From the human T2T-CHM13v2.0 reference genome, Homo sapiens: a stretch of DNA of 64,000 nt. Shown here piece by piece: positions 14,662-31,352 of this stretch. Position 1 is the stretch's first letter; every line of letters begins with the position of its first letter. The stretch lies in NCBI RefSeq assembly GCF_009914755.1, contig NC_060933.1. One strand, 5' to 3'. Both the position numbers and the translations under genes were made by a program. The notes beneath the pieces were generated by a model that searched no databases, was not told the origin of the DNA, and saw nothing but the letters and a program-made list of their open reading frames with translations.

Positions 14662-14959
14662 AGTCGGGCATGGTGGCACACACCTGTAATCTCAGCACTT
14701 CCGGAAGGTGAAGCAGGCAGATCACTTGAGCTCAGGAGTTTGACACAAACCTGGGCTACATGACAACACCACATTTCTACCAAAAACTGTAAAAATCAGC
14801 TGCACATGATAGCATGCAACTGTAAGTCCCAGCTACTTAGGAGGCTGAGGTGAGAGGGTCACTTGTGCCTGGAAGGTCACAGCTGCACTGGCCATGTTCA
14901 TGCCACTGCACATCAGCCTGGGCAACAGAGCAAGATTTTGTCTCAAAAAAAAAAAAAAA
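14662..14959 (+). mobile_element. Alu (J-type)
   Basis: Diverged dimer with poly-A tail. Confidence 0.88.
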
Positions 14960-15740
14960 GTTGGTGACAATGTGGAATAATTGGAACTCACATACATTAC
15001 TGGTGGGAATATAAAATGGTGTAATCAATTTGGGTGTTTTATTGGCATTTGATTTTTTTAAAAAATCAAGATATTGTTTCCCTATATTGCCCAGGCTTGT
15101 CCTGAATTCCCGGGCTAAGAAAATCCTCCAAACTCAGCATCTCAAATACCTGAGATTAAAGGTGTGAGCCACTGCGCCTGACCAGTGTAACCACTTTGAA
15201 AATCAACGTGGCAGTTTCTCAAAGACTAAATGTATAGTAATCACATAATGCAACAATTTCACTCCTGAGTGTAAATCCAAGAGAAATAAAAATATATGTT
15301 CAAACTAAAACTTACATACGAGTGTTCATAGCAGCCTGACTCATGATGGTGAATACACAAAAACAACACAAATGTCCATCAACTAATGAATGGATAAACA
15401 TAAACTATTACTCAGCTATAAAAGGAAAGAAATACTGATACACACTATAACATGAAAGAAATTTGAAAACATTGTGCTAAGAGAAAAAAAAAAGCAAACT
15501 ACAAAAGATCACACATTGTACAATTCTATTTCTATAAAAGGTCCAGATTAGGCAAAACTACAAGGACAGAAAATAAATCAGTGGTTGCCTATGAACATGG
15601 GGGAATTAGGAGGTAGCGGCTAAGAGGTGAGGGTTTCTCACTCACAGGTGGGTAACTCATAAGTGGGTAATCACTTCTAAGAGAGACTGTGGTGATGGAT
15701 GCACAGCTCCTTGAATATTCTAAAAACCACTCAATTGTAT
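14960..15740 (+). mobile_element. L1M 3' fragment interrupted by an Alu monomer (-, 15052-15183)
   Basis: CATTACTGGTGGGAATATAAAATGGTG, AATGTCCATCAACTAATGAATGGATAAAC. Confidence 0.7.
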
Positions 15741-15741
15741 A

Positions 15742-16048
15742 CTTTCTTTTTTTCTTTAGTTATTTACAGACAGGGTCTCCTTCTGTCGTCCATGCTGTAG
15801 TGCAGTGGTGCCATCTGGTCTCACTGCAACCTATGCCTTCTAGGCTCAAGTGATCTTCCAGTCTCATGTCCCTAAGTAGTTGGGACTACAGGCATGAGCC
15901 ACCACACCCAGCTAATTTTTGTATTTTTGCTAGAGATGCTGCTTTGTCATGTTGCCCAGGCTAGTCGCAAACTCCCGAACTCAAGCGATCCACCTGCCTC
16001 AGCCACCCAAAGTCTTAGCATTATAGGACTTAGCCACTGCACCCGGCC
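15742..16048 (-). mobile_element. Alu (J-type)
   Basis: Diverged dimer ending ACCCGGCC. Confidence 0.88.
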
Positions 16049-16116
16049 AGAATTGCATACTTTGATAAATGAATTGCATGATATGTTAATCATATTTCAA
16101 TAACATTATTATTTTA

Positions 16117-16746
<630 letters not shown>

Positions 16747-17031
16747 CCAAGTTTTTATCACCTTCTGAGAGTAATCAATGTTCAGGAGGAACAGAGAACA
16801 AAAGACCACTGAATGGTTGAGGGTGGGTTGCTGGTTAGGTTCAGTGGCCAGTTGACTAGTATCTGAAAAATTTATTAGTAAAATTATGGCACTAGGGGTG
16901 AGTCATGCAGTCGAATGATGAATACTAAATCCAGTACAAACGCCCATGGTCTTTCTTTACATGAATTCCAGTGAAAAATTTCTAAGTGCCTAAAATAGCA
17001 AGTGGTCTGAAATGATGGCAGCAGTTTATTA

Positions 17032-17355
<324 letters not shown>

Positions 17356-17816
17356 TCAACAACCACAAGAGAGTTCCATGCTGAAGAAGCTCTAATTCTG
17401 CATTTGCTCAACTATTGATTTGAGTTAGCCAATATGACACTATCTTAGATAAAGTGTACAAACAACTCAATTTCATCTCCTCATTAATAACTGATTAGGT
17501 AGTCTAATATCAATTCTGATTTTTAAAAAGCTAATTAGAAAAAGAATTAATTATAGAACCAATAAGAGGTTTGAATAGTTACAAGCTATTCAAAGGAGGA
17601 TTCAAAAAACCACTCAGGTATGAAGCCATAAAGTATGATGAAATAAATTTCATTAATATATTTTAAAATAAACTGATTAGACAGGCAACAACACCTGGGC
17701 ACGGGTCTCCTCACCTCCAGCAACACAAACTCAATCGCGCAGCTATGGGGTTGCAAAGGCTGCATAGTCACAAACAGACTGCTCTGAGTTGAGATTTCTT
17801 TACTTGTATCTGTATT

Positions 17817-18259
17817 CTGAGACAGGGTCTCACTCTGTCACTCTGGCTGCAATGCAGTGGTGCACTCACAGCTAACTGCAGCCTTGACCTCCTGGGCTCC
17901 GGGGATCCTCCTGCCTCAGCCTCACCATAGCTATGACTACAGATGACCACCAAAACACCCAGCTAATTTTTATTTATTTATTTATTTATTTGTAGAAAGA
18001 GGAGCCTTGCTATGTTGCCCAACCTGGCCTCAAACTCCCACCCTCAAGAGATCTGCCCACCTCAACAACCTGAGTAACTGGTTGTACAGAAAAATACCAC
18101 TATGCTTGGATAATTATATTTTATTAATTTTTATTTGCATAGAGAGGAGGTCTTGCTCTGCTGCACAGGGTGGTCTCAAACTCCTCGACTCAAATAATTC
18201 TCCCATTGCTGCCTCCCAAAGTGCTGATGCTACAGGCATAAGCCACTGCACCTGGCCCG
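17817..18259 (-). mobile_element. AluJ plus additional monomer
   Basis: Three Alu arms in series. Confidence 0.8.
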
Positions 18260-18339
18260 ACTTAAAATTTCTTTAATCTAGCATCCCATACTTCCTATAA
18301 TTGGGAAAAGCCATAGGGTTTTTTTTTTAATTACTTACT

Positions 18340-18875
18340 ATTTCAACAAGAATCAACCATCTCTCACCATTGCCAGGACCCTGGTCAGAACCACTATCAT
18401 CTCCCACCTGGAGGTTGCCACAGCATGGCCTCCCTGCTTCTACCCAAATCTTCCCACAATCTTTCTCAACTCAGCCACCATGGGATGCTTTTAAATCAGT
18501 AGACAATTTGTGTCACCTCTCTGCTCAGAACCCTTCCGCATCTCCCATCTCAGACAGAATAAAAGCCAAAGCCCCAGCAATAGCCTCCCAGGGCTTACAC
18601 AATCTGTACTGATCTGAGCCCAACAACTCCCTGGCCTTCTTCCCTACTTCTCTCCCTCTCTCTGCTCCACAGGCCTCTTTCCTGAGCTTCAGACACACCA
18701 CGGAGTTCCCTCTTCGCATCTTTATTATGTTGTTTCTGTCTACAATGCTCTTCCCTCAGTACCTTGGCCAGCTCCTTCCCCTCCTTCAAGTCTTTGCTCA
18801 ATTTTCACTTAGGAGGCCAACCCTGACCACTCTATTTAATATTGCTATCTGTTCCTATTCCTGCCATGCTCACTC
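18340..18875. mobile_element. L2 fragment
   Basis: CCCTGGTCAGAACCACTATCATCTCCCACCTGG...CCTCCCTGCTTC, typical L2 3' region. Confidence 0.65.
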
Positions 18876-18880
18876 ATTTC

Positions 18881-19173
18881 TTTTTTCTTTTTTTTTTAAG
18901 ATAAAAATCTCGCTGTGTCACTAAGACTGGGGTGCCATGGCACGATCACAACGCACTGAGACCTGGAACTCCTAGGTCAAGAAATCGTCCTGCCTCAGGG
19001 CCTCTAGTAGCTAAGACTACAAGTGCATGCCACCATACCCACTAATTTTTTTTCCATGTAGACAGGGTATCACTTTGTTGCCCAGGCTTATCTTGAACCC
19101 CTGGGCCAAAGCAACCATCCTGCTTCAGCCTCCTAAATAGCTGGAATTATAGGTGTGGGCCACCACCCCTGGC
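18881..19173 (-). mobile_element. Alu (J-type)
   Basis: Poly-T plus diverged dimer. Confidence 0.85.
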
Positions 19174-19189
19174 TTCATGTTCATTTCTT

Positions 19190-19533
19190 CTTGCTGCTGT
19201 TACAAACTACCCTACATTGAGTGGCTTAATACACCACAAATCTACTACCTAACAGGTCTGGGGGCCAGAAGTCCAAAATAGGTCTATTAAGGCTAAAGTC
19301 AAGGTGTCAGCAGGACTGCATCCCTTCTGGAGGTTCTGGAGCGAATGTTTTCCCTTGCCTTTCCCAGTTGCTAAAGCCACCCGTATTCTTTGGCTCATGG
19401 CCCCTAACTGCATCTTCAAAGTCAGAAGCAAAGCATATTCGAATCTCCCTCTGTGACCTGTGCTTCCATCATCAAATCTCCTTCAATTCTGACTCTCTTA
19501 TCTCCCTCTTTCACTTATAAAGACCTCTTGTGA
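19190..19533 (-). mobile_element. MLT1-type MaLR LTR fragment
   Basis: GCTGCTGTTACAAACTACC...GTGGCTTAA...GGCCAGAAGTCCAAAAT...AAGGTGTCAGCAGGACTGC. Confidence 0.78.
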
Positions 19534-19534
19534 T

Positions 19535-19993
19535 TGCTGGACACAGAGGCCGTGGCTCACAACCACAATCCCAACAATTTAGGAGGTCAAAGCAGGAGAA
19601 ACGCTTGAGGCCAAAAGTTCGGGACCAGCCTGGGAAACACAGTGAGACCCCCTCAATTAAACAACAAAAAGAAATAAGAAAAAATTAGCTGGGCATGGTG
19701 GTATGCATCTGTAGTTTCAGCTACTTGAGAGGCTGCGGTGAAAGAATCGCTTTAGCCCCAGAGTTCAAGACCAGCCTCAGCAATATAACAAGATCCCATC
19801 TCTACAAAAAAAAAAAAACACAAAAATTAGCTGGGCATGGATGGTGTGCACCTGTAGTCCCAGATGCTTGGAAGGCGGAGGCGGGGGAATTGCTTGAGCC
19901 CAGGTGGTTGAGGCTGCAGTTAGCTAAAACTCCATCATTGCACTCCAGATTCGGTGAAACAGAGAATCTGTGTTCAAAAGAAAAGGAAAAGAA
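19535..19993 (+). mobile_element. AluJ-type three-arm cluster
   Basis: Three Alu arms separated by A-rich linkers at ~19660-19685 and ~19805-19827. Confidence 0.8.
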
Positions 19994-19996
19994 ATA

Positions 19997-21495
<1,499 letters not shown>

Positions 21496-21634
21496 TGACC
21501 GTGACTATTATTCACGAAAAAGATCTACTCATTAGAACTAAAAATCACAAAATTGTACGTTCTACAAAAACAAATCAACCTTATCTACCACCCAGTCCTA
21601 CCAATCTACAGAATGTGAGAACAGAAGTTCTGAC

Positions 21635-21752
21635 CGTGGACTCGAGAGCTGGCAGGAATGTCACCACCATCCTGCTCTCCAAGGACTCATCATCTTCAAC
21701 AGACTCCTCATCTTCAATGGGCAGGGTGGAAACTGCAACTTGTGCCATGATC
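21635..21752 (-). pseudogene. GTF2I: GTF2I/GTF2IRD2 first coding exon, copy 1 (unprocessed duplicated fragment)
   Basis: ATG at 21748 gives MAQVAVSTLPIEDEESVEDDESLESRMVVTFLPALEST, matching the TFII-I N-terminus MAQVA(M/V)STLPVE...SRMVVTFL.SALESM; AG acceptor at 21753-21754, GTCAGA donor. Confidence 0.88.
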
Positions 21753-21972
21753 CTTGCACAAGAAAAGTAGTAAGAAAGTGAGTGGTAGAAATCCAGTGTC
21801 CTAAACTCACATCCAGAGCTGTGAGAGTTTTTCACCGGCTGGATAATTCACAGTTTTCTTGAATCAGGGGAAAAATAAGACTCAGAAACTAGGAATTCGT
21901 TTTGCCCAAAACTCTCATCAGATAGAGAATCCATCCGCTAACTATCTAGTATTATTTCCATAAGTTAGATCA

Positions 21973-22333
<361 letters not shown>

Positions 22334-22500
22334 TAGGGGGAGGAAAGGAGGCAAGGCACTTTACAACCCAGTGATGGGCTACCACAACTCAACACAGCAA
22401 AGAGGTGCCAAGCTCCCTTTCTCCCCTGCACAACCCGACACAGAAGAGTTGGTGCAGTGGAATGAGGCTGGATGGAGAGAAGTTCCTCTTCTTTCTTTCC

Positions 22501-22868
<368 letters not shown>

Positions 22869-23564
22869 TAGTATTATTTTTGGAAAACCTTTCCTAATAT
22901 TTCGGTATCAGCAAAAAGCCTCAGATTAATTTCAAACCCTATAAAAATACAATACATAAACAGAAAATATTAACTGTCAGCAATGCTATAGAGAAATTGG
23001 AAGCTGTATGCATTGCTTTTTGGAATGTAAAACGGTACAGCCCACTGTGGAAAACGGTTTAGAAGCTCCTTAAAAATATTAAGCACAGATTTATATGATC
23101 CATCAACACCCTTTAAGCGTATATACCCAAAAGAACTGAGAGCAGGGACTCAAACAGGTATTTGTACACCCATTTAACAGCAGCATTATTCACAGTGGCC
23201 AAAATGTAGCCCAAACCTAATGCCCATCAATAGGTGAATAGATAAAGAAAATGTAATATATACATACACAGAGTATTATTCAGCCATAAAAAGAAAAATA
23301 TCTGGCCAGATTCAGGGGCTTACACCTCTAATCCCAGTATTTTGGGAGGCCAAGGTGGGCAGGTCTCTTGAGCCCCATATTTTGAGACCAGGCTGGACAA
23401 CATGGCACATTTGGTTAGAAGTGTTTGACCATAACTACTATTCAAGAAAAAGATCTACTCGTTAGAACTACAAATCATAAAATTATAAGTTCTACAAAAA
23501 CAAGTCAACCTTATCTACCACCCAGTCCTACCCAATTATATAATGTTAGAACACAAGATCTCAC

Positions 23565-23700
23565 TGTGGACTCGAGAGCTGATATGAGCAATGTCACCAC
23601 CATCCTGCTCTCCGCAGAATCATCTTCAATGACTCCTCATCTTCCATGGACTCCTCATCTTCAATGGGCAGGGTGGAAACTGCAACTTGTGCCATGATCC
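23565..23700 (-). pseudogene. GTF2I: GTF2I/GTF2IRD2 first coding exon, copy 2 (frameshifted)
   Basis: ttttttgcacag|GGATCATGGCACAAGTTGCAG...GAGTCCACA|gtgaga; MAQVAVSTLPIEDEESMEDEES then frameshift (131 nt from ATG to donor). Confidence 0.87.
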
Positions 23701-23939
23701 CTGTGCAAAAAAGTAGTAAGAAATTGAATGGTAGAAATCCAGTGTCCTAAACTCACATCCAGAGCTGTGAGAGTTTCTCACCGGCTGCCAAATTGTTTTC
23801 TGAATCAGAGAAAAAAATAAAACTTGGTAACTTGGTATTTGATTTGCCCAAAACTCTCATCAGATAGAGAATCCATCCACTAACTTTCTATCTAGTATTA
23901 TTTCCATGAAGTTACATCAACATCACTCCCAAAATAAAT

Positions 23940-26350
23940 CCAGGTGGAAGACTAAATCCAAAGCTAGCAGAAGGAAAGAAATAATAAAGAGTATAATTAG
24001 AGCATAAATCAATAAAATAGAAGGTTGGAGAGCAGTAGAATGAAAAAACATAGATTCTTTGAAAGATCAAGCATTTCACTATATTGACTGAGCAAAAGAT
24101 GGAAGACTAATTACTAAAATAATACATGAAAGCAGAGCCATTACTACCAACTTTACAGAAATACAAAAGGTTTACAGGAGTACACTGTGAACAACTGTCT
24201 AGCAACAAATTAGGTGCCCTGGATGAAATGGATGAATCGCTAGAAAGACAAAAACTACCAAAGTGGCTCATGAAGAAAGAGAAAATCTGAATAGACCTAT
24301 AACCTAGGAGATTGAATTAGTAATCGAAAGCGATTAACAAAGAAACATTTATGACCAAATAGCTGCATTAACTGGTGAGTCAACCTAACATTTAAAGAAG
24401 AATTAATACCATTTATTCTCAAACTCTTCTGACAAAATATATGAAGAAGGAATACTTACTAATTCATTTTTTGATAACAGCATTATCCTTATACCAAAGA
24501 CAAAGAAAGCACAAAAGAGAGAAATACAGCACTATATCCCTTATGAATATATAAGCAAAAATCTCAGCAAAATACTAACAATCCTAGCAAAATACTAGCA
24601 GCAATACTGTATAATCAAAGGATTGTAAACTATCACCCTTTGAGATTTATCCCCAAAATGCAAGGGTGGCTCAACATATAAAAAATCAATCAGTGTAATA
24701 TACTCTAACAATAAAATGAATAAGGATGTGATTATTTCAATTGATGCAGAGAAAACATTGATGAAATACAACACCCTTCTGTAATAAATATACTCAATAA
24801 ACTAGGTATAGAAGGGATCTTCTGCAACATGACAATGGGATGTACAAAAACCCAACACTTAATATCATGATCAATGATGAAGCACTGAAAGCTGTTTTCC
24901 TAACATCTAGAACAAGATGAGGATGGTGCATTTGCCACTTGTGTTCAATGTAGCACTGGCAGTTCTAGCCAGAGCAATTAGGCAAGACAAAGAAATAAAA
25001 GGCATCTACATTAGAAATAAAAAATAGGTAAAATTATATCTACACATGATCTTATGGGTATAAAGCTCCAAACAAAACACAAAACCGATTATAACTAATA
25101 AAAGAGGCAGGATGCAAACAAACATAAGGCAAATGGGCTATATTTCTATATAGTTGTAAAGAACTATGAAAACATTTTAAAAATTCCATTTATAATAACA
25201 TCAAAGAATACGTTATTCGGGCATAAATCTAACCATGGTGGTATACACAAAACTTTGCTGAAAAAAACTAAAGAGAGTGGAAATAAGTGGAAAGACATTC
25301 TGTGTTCACAGGTTGTAAGACAATATTGTTAAGATGACAATACCATCTAAAATAATCTACAGATTCAATGCAATACCATCAAAATCCCAAAAGCATTTTT
25401 GCAGAAACAAAGAAACTCATTCTAAAGTCATACAAAAATTCAAAGGATCTGACAGACAAAACAGTCTTGAAAAAGAACATTGGAAAACTCACATTTTTCA
25501 GTTTCACAGCCTACTACAAATCTACAGTAATCAAGAGAGTGTGGTACTGGCATAAGACCAATAGACTTTCAGACCAATACAATAGAACAGATTTGAGATC
25601 CTACAAGTTAGTCCTCACATATATGCTCAATGACTGTTCAACAAGGTGGCCAAGTCAAGGGAGGAAAGAACATTCTCTTCAACAGCTGGATGTCAGTGCA
25701 CAAGAGAGAAGTTAGACCCCTACCTTGCAGTATATACAAAAATTAATTCTAAATTAATAAAAGACTTAAATGTAAGGACTAAAAATATGTAACTCTTAGA
25801 AGAAAACACACGGTAAACCTTTATGACCTTTGAGTTTTAAGTGTATTTTGAAATATGACAGAAAAGCACAGATAACAAAAGAAAATACATGAAAATTAGA
25901 TTTAATCAAAATAAAAACCCTTTATGCATCAAAGGATACTATCAAGGGAGTGAAAAGACAACCCATAATATGTGAGAAAATATGTGTCTGATAAAATCAA
26001 AGTGTGTATCTGATAAAAGTTTAATATCCCACAACTCAACAACAGAATTTCTAAGATCCCAATTAAAAAATAGGCAAAGGACATGAATAGACATTTCTGC
26101 AAAGAAGATACACAAATGTCTAAGAAGGACAAGAAAAGATGCTAAACACCGTTATTCATTAATAAAATGTAAGACAAAACCCAAATGAGATGCCACTTTG
26201 CATCCACTAGTAAGGCTTGCATAACAACGACACAGAAAATCAATGTTGCTAAAGAGGTGGAGAAACTGGAGCCCTCATGAACTGGCTGCTAGAAATAGAA
26301 AATGATGCAGTTGCTGGGGAACAATTTGGTGGTTCCTTAAAGAATCACAC
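23940..26350 (+). mobile_element. Old L1M ORF2 fragment
   Basis: ORF remnants IIYRFNAIP and YYKSTVIKRVWYWHK; A-rich, many stops. Confidence 0.85.
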
Positions 26351-26354
26351 AGAG

Positions 26355-27255
26355 AAACAGGTGCCGCTGGCTTGCGGGTTCTCCTGGGCTGGCGCGGGAC
26401 GTCCCGGAATCGCAGGCGCGCATCCCTTCCCGCCTGAGGGCCCGCCTGGCCGTGACTCCCACCCCTCTTCTCCTCCAAAGAGAGATCGGGGCCGCTCCAG
26501 GGGCCCTCTGCAGCCACCGGGGATGGGGCTGAGGGTCGGTTCCCGCCCCCGTGCAGCTGCTGCAGGACAGACCACCTGGCTTGGCCACAACCACAGGGAC
26601 ATTTGGCCCTGCTTCCGAGATGTGCGGAGTGCGGGCGGGCTCGGGAGTTGCCTGGAGGCTGCTGCCTGCATGCAGAAGGCGGCTGCAACTCGGGTGCCCA
26701 GGCGGGCTGGAGGGGCATGGCCTGGTCGGCCTCGAGATCGCCAGCATGCCCAGGCTGAGGGCCCCCAGGCCGTGCCTCCTGCCCACTCCTCCACTTTAGG
26801 GAGATCGGAGCCGTTTGTATGGGCACTCGGCAGTCACCCCATGTGGGGTTGAGCGGTGGGTTCTCAGTTCTCGCTCCTGTGCAGCTTCTGCTGCAGGGCA
26901 GAATGCCTGGCTTGGCCGCAGCCACTGGGACACCTGGCCCTGGTTCTGCGATGGTGGGAGCGCGAGCGGGCTCGGGGGTTGCCAGGCAGCTGCTGCCTGC
27001 ACACAGAGGGCGACTGAAGCTTGGGCGCCCAGGCGGCAGAGCATGGACTGGGTGGCCTCTGGAATGCGTGTGCGCCAGACCTGAGGGTCACCCTGGTGGA
27101 GCCACCTACCTTGGTCTTCCGCTGCTGGAGCCTGGAGCAGCTGGAATGGCCACTATTCAGTCACAGGGGATAGAGTTAAGTTTTCTTATCCCACGCATAC
27201 ACACAAAAAGGTAACTATTCTGTGAGGTAATAAACATGTTAATTCACTTCATTCA
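26355..27255. repeat. REP522-like CpG-rich element with ~325-bp internal duplication; CpG-island-like
   Basis: GC-rich, CpG-retaining. 26520-26790 is similar to 26845-27120 (CTGGCTTGGCC..., GCGGGCTCGGG.GTTGCC.GG..GCTGCTGCCTGCA). Family name from recall. Confidence 0.65.
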
Positions 27256-27412
27256 TGCCACTCTGCACCCACAAGTAAGGCTTTCATAACAATGACACAG
27301 AAAACAAATGTTGCTAAGGAGGTGGAGAAGTTGGAGCCCTCATGAACTGGCTGCTAGGAATAGAAAATGATGCCCTTGCTGAGGAAAACAATTTGATTGT
27401 TCCTCACAGAAT

Positions 27413-29946
<2,534 letters not shown>

Positions 29947-30228
29947 ACTCCTGAACCTGACCCTGACCCCAGACCCCAACCCCTGACCCTGACCCCTAAC
30001 CCCTGACCCTAACCCTTAACCGTAACCCCTAAGCCTAACCCCTAACCACAACCCTCACCCTCACACTAATGCAACCCTAACCCCTTATCCCTAACCCCTA
30101 ACTTCTCTTAACCCCTAACTCTAAACGTTGACTCTTAACTCCTAACTCTGACCCCAACCCCTATCTCCAACCCCTAACCCTAAACTTAACCCCTAACCCC
30201 TAACCCTAACACCAACCTTAACCCTAGG
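29947..30228 (+). repeat. Degenerate interstitial telomeric sequence (CCCTAA/CCCTGA/CCCCAA)n
   Basis: ~280 bp of CCCTAA and variant hexamers/heptamers. Confidence 0.93.
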
Positions 30229-30889
30229 TTCATTACTACGTTTGTATTGACTATGTCAATGTTGATTATTATGATCTCTGTCTTAGGACTGCATGGCAGC
30301 AAGGGGATTGCGGATCTTATATTAATATTTTTGTATTGAGGCAATGCATTAGCATTACAGGTGCTTGTTACATGAGCAATGGGGGTGTCATATTTTGGGT
30401 GTCATCTCTGCATTAGGAGTGCTGCATTTGTCTTCCAAGGCTGCGGTGTGGATCTCGCACTGCGGCCGCCTCGCCTTGGCTGGGGAGAACCTCGGTGGGC
30501 AGGATTCAGAGTGGCTTTTGGTTTCCCGTTTTCCACACTGAACCCTTCTAACTGGTCTCTGACCCTGATTATTCAGGGCTGCAAACGGGAAGGATTTTAT
30601 TCACCGTCTATGCGGCCCCGAGTTGTCCCAAAGCGAGGCACTGCCCCCAAGGTCTGTTGTGAGGAGAACGCTACTCTGCCTTCGCGGTGTCCCCGGGGTC
30701 TGTGCTGAGCAGAACGCAGCTCCGCCCTCGCGGTGCCCCCGGCCCGCCTGGGTCTGTGCTGAGGAGAACACTGCTCCGCCTTCGCTGTATCTCCGAAGTC
30801 TGTGCAGAGGAGAACTCAGCTCAGACCTGGCGATGCTCTCCTGGCGATGTCTGTGCTGGTAAGAATGCAGCTCCGCCCTCGCAAGGGCT
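30229..30889. repeat. TAR1 telomere-associated repeat incl. ~37-bp GTCTGTGCTGAGGAGAACGCAGCTCCGCCCTCGC units
   Basis: Directly proximal to the telomeric repeats; ~5-6 copies of TCTGTGCTGAG.AGAAC.C.GCTCCGCC from 30652 to 30882. Confidence 0.88.
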
Positions 30890-31352
30890 CACAGCGCCGG
30901 CGCAGGCGCAGAGAGGCCCACAGCGCCGGCGCAGGCGCAGAGAGGCCCACAGCGCCGGCGCAGGCGCAGAGAGGCCCACAGCGCCGGCGCAGGCGCAGAG
31001 AGGCCCACAGCGCCGGCGCAGGCGCAGAGAGGCCCACAGCGCCGGCGCAGGCGCAGAGAGGCCCACAGCGCCGGCGCAGGCGCAGAGAGGCCCACAGCGC
31101 CGGCGCAGGCGCAGAGAGGCCCACAGCGCCGGCGCAGGCGCAGAGCGGCCCAGAGCGCCGGCGCAGGCGCAGAGCGGCCCACAGCGGCGGCGCAGGCGCA
31201 GAGCGGCCCACAGCGCCGGCGCAGGCGCAGAGCGGCCCACAGCGCCGGCGCAGGCGCAGAGCGGCCCACAGCGCCGGCGCAGGCGCAGAGCGGCCCACAG
31301 CGCCGGCGCAGGCGCAGAGAGGCCCACAGCGCCGGCGCAGGCGCAGAGAGGC
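30890..31352. promoter_or_regulatory. 29-bp CpG VNTR (16 copies) of the subtelomeric TERRA-promoter type; each unit has an NRF1-like GCGCAGGCGC
   Basis: Unit CACAGCGCCGGCGCAGGCGCAGAGAGGCC, 463 bp = 16 units. The repeat is seen directly; promoter activity is inferred from homologous subtelomeric loci. Confidence 0.75.

Noticed and set aside
26275-27214. 131-216 aa ORFs in the GC-rich block
   Set aside because: Open on both strands because of GC content; no recognisable protein similarity
29947-30228. Human chromosome 2 fusion site (telomeric repeats near a CBWD gene)
   Set aside because: Only one orientation of telomeric repeat is present, with no head-to-head TTAGGG/CCCTAA junction, and the CBWD copy here is truncated
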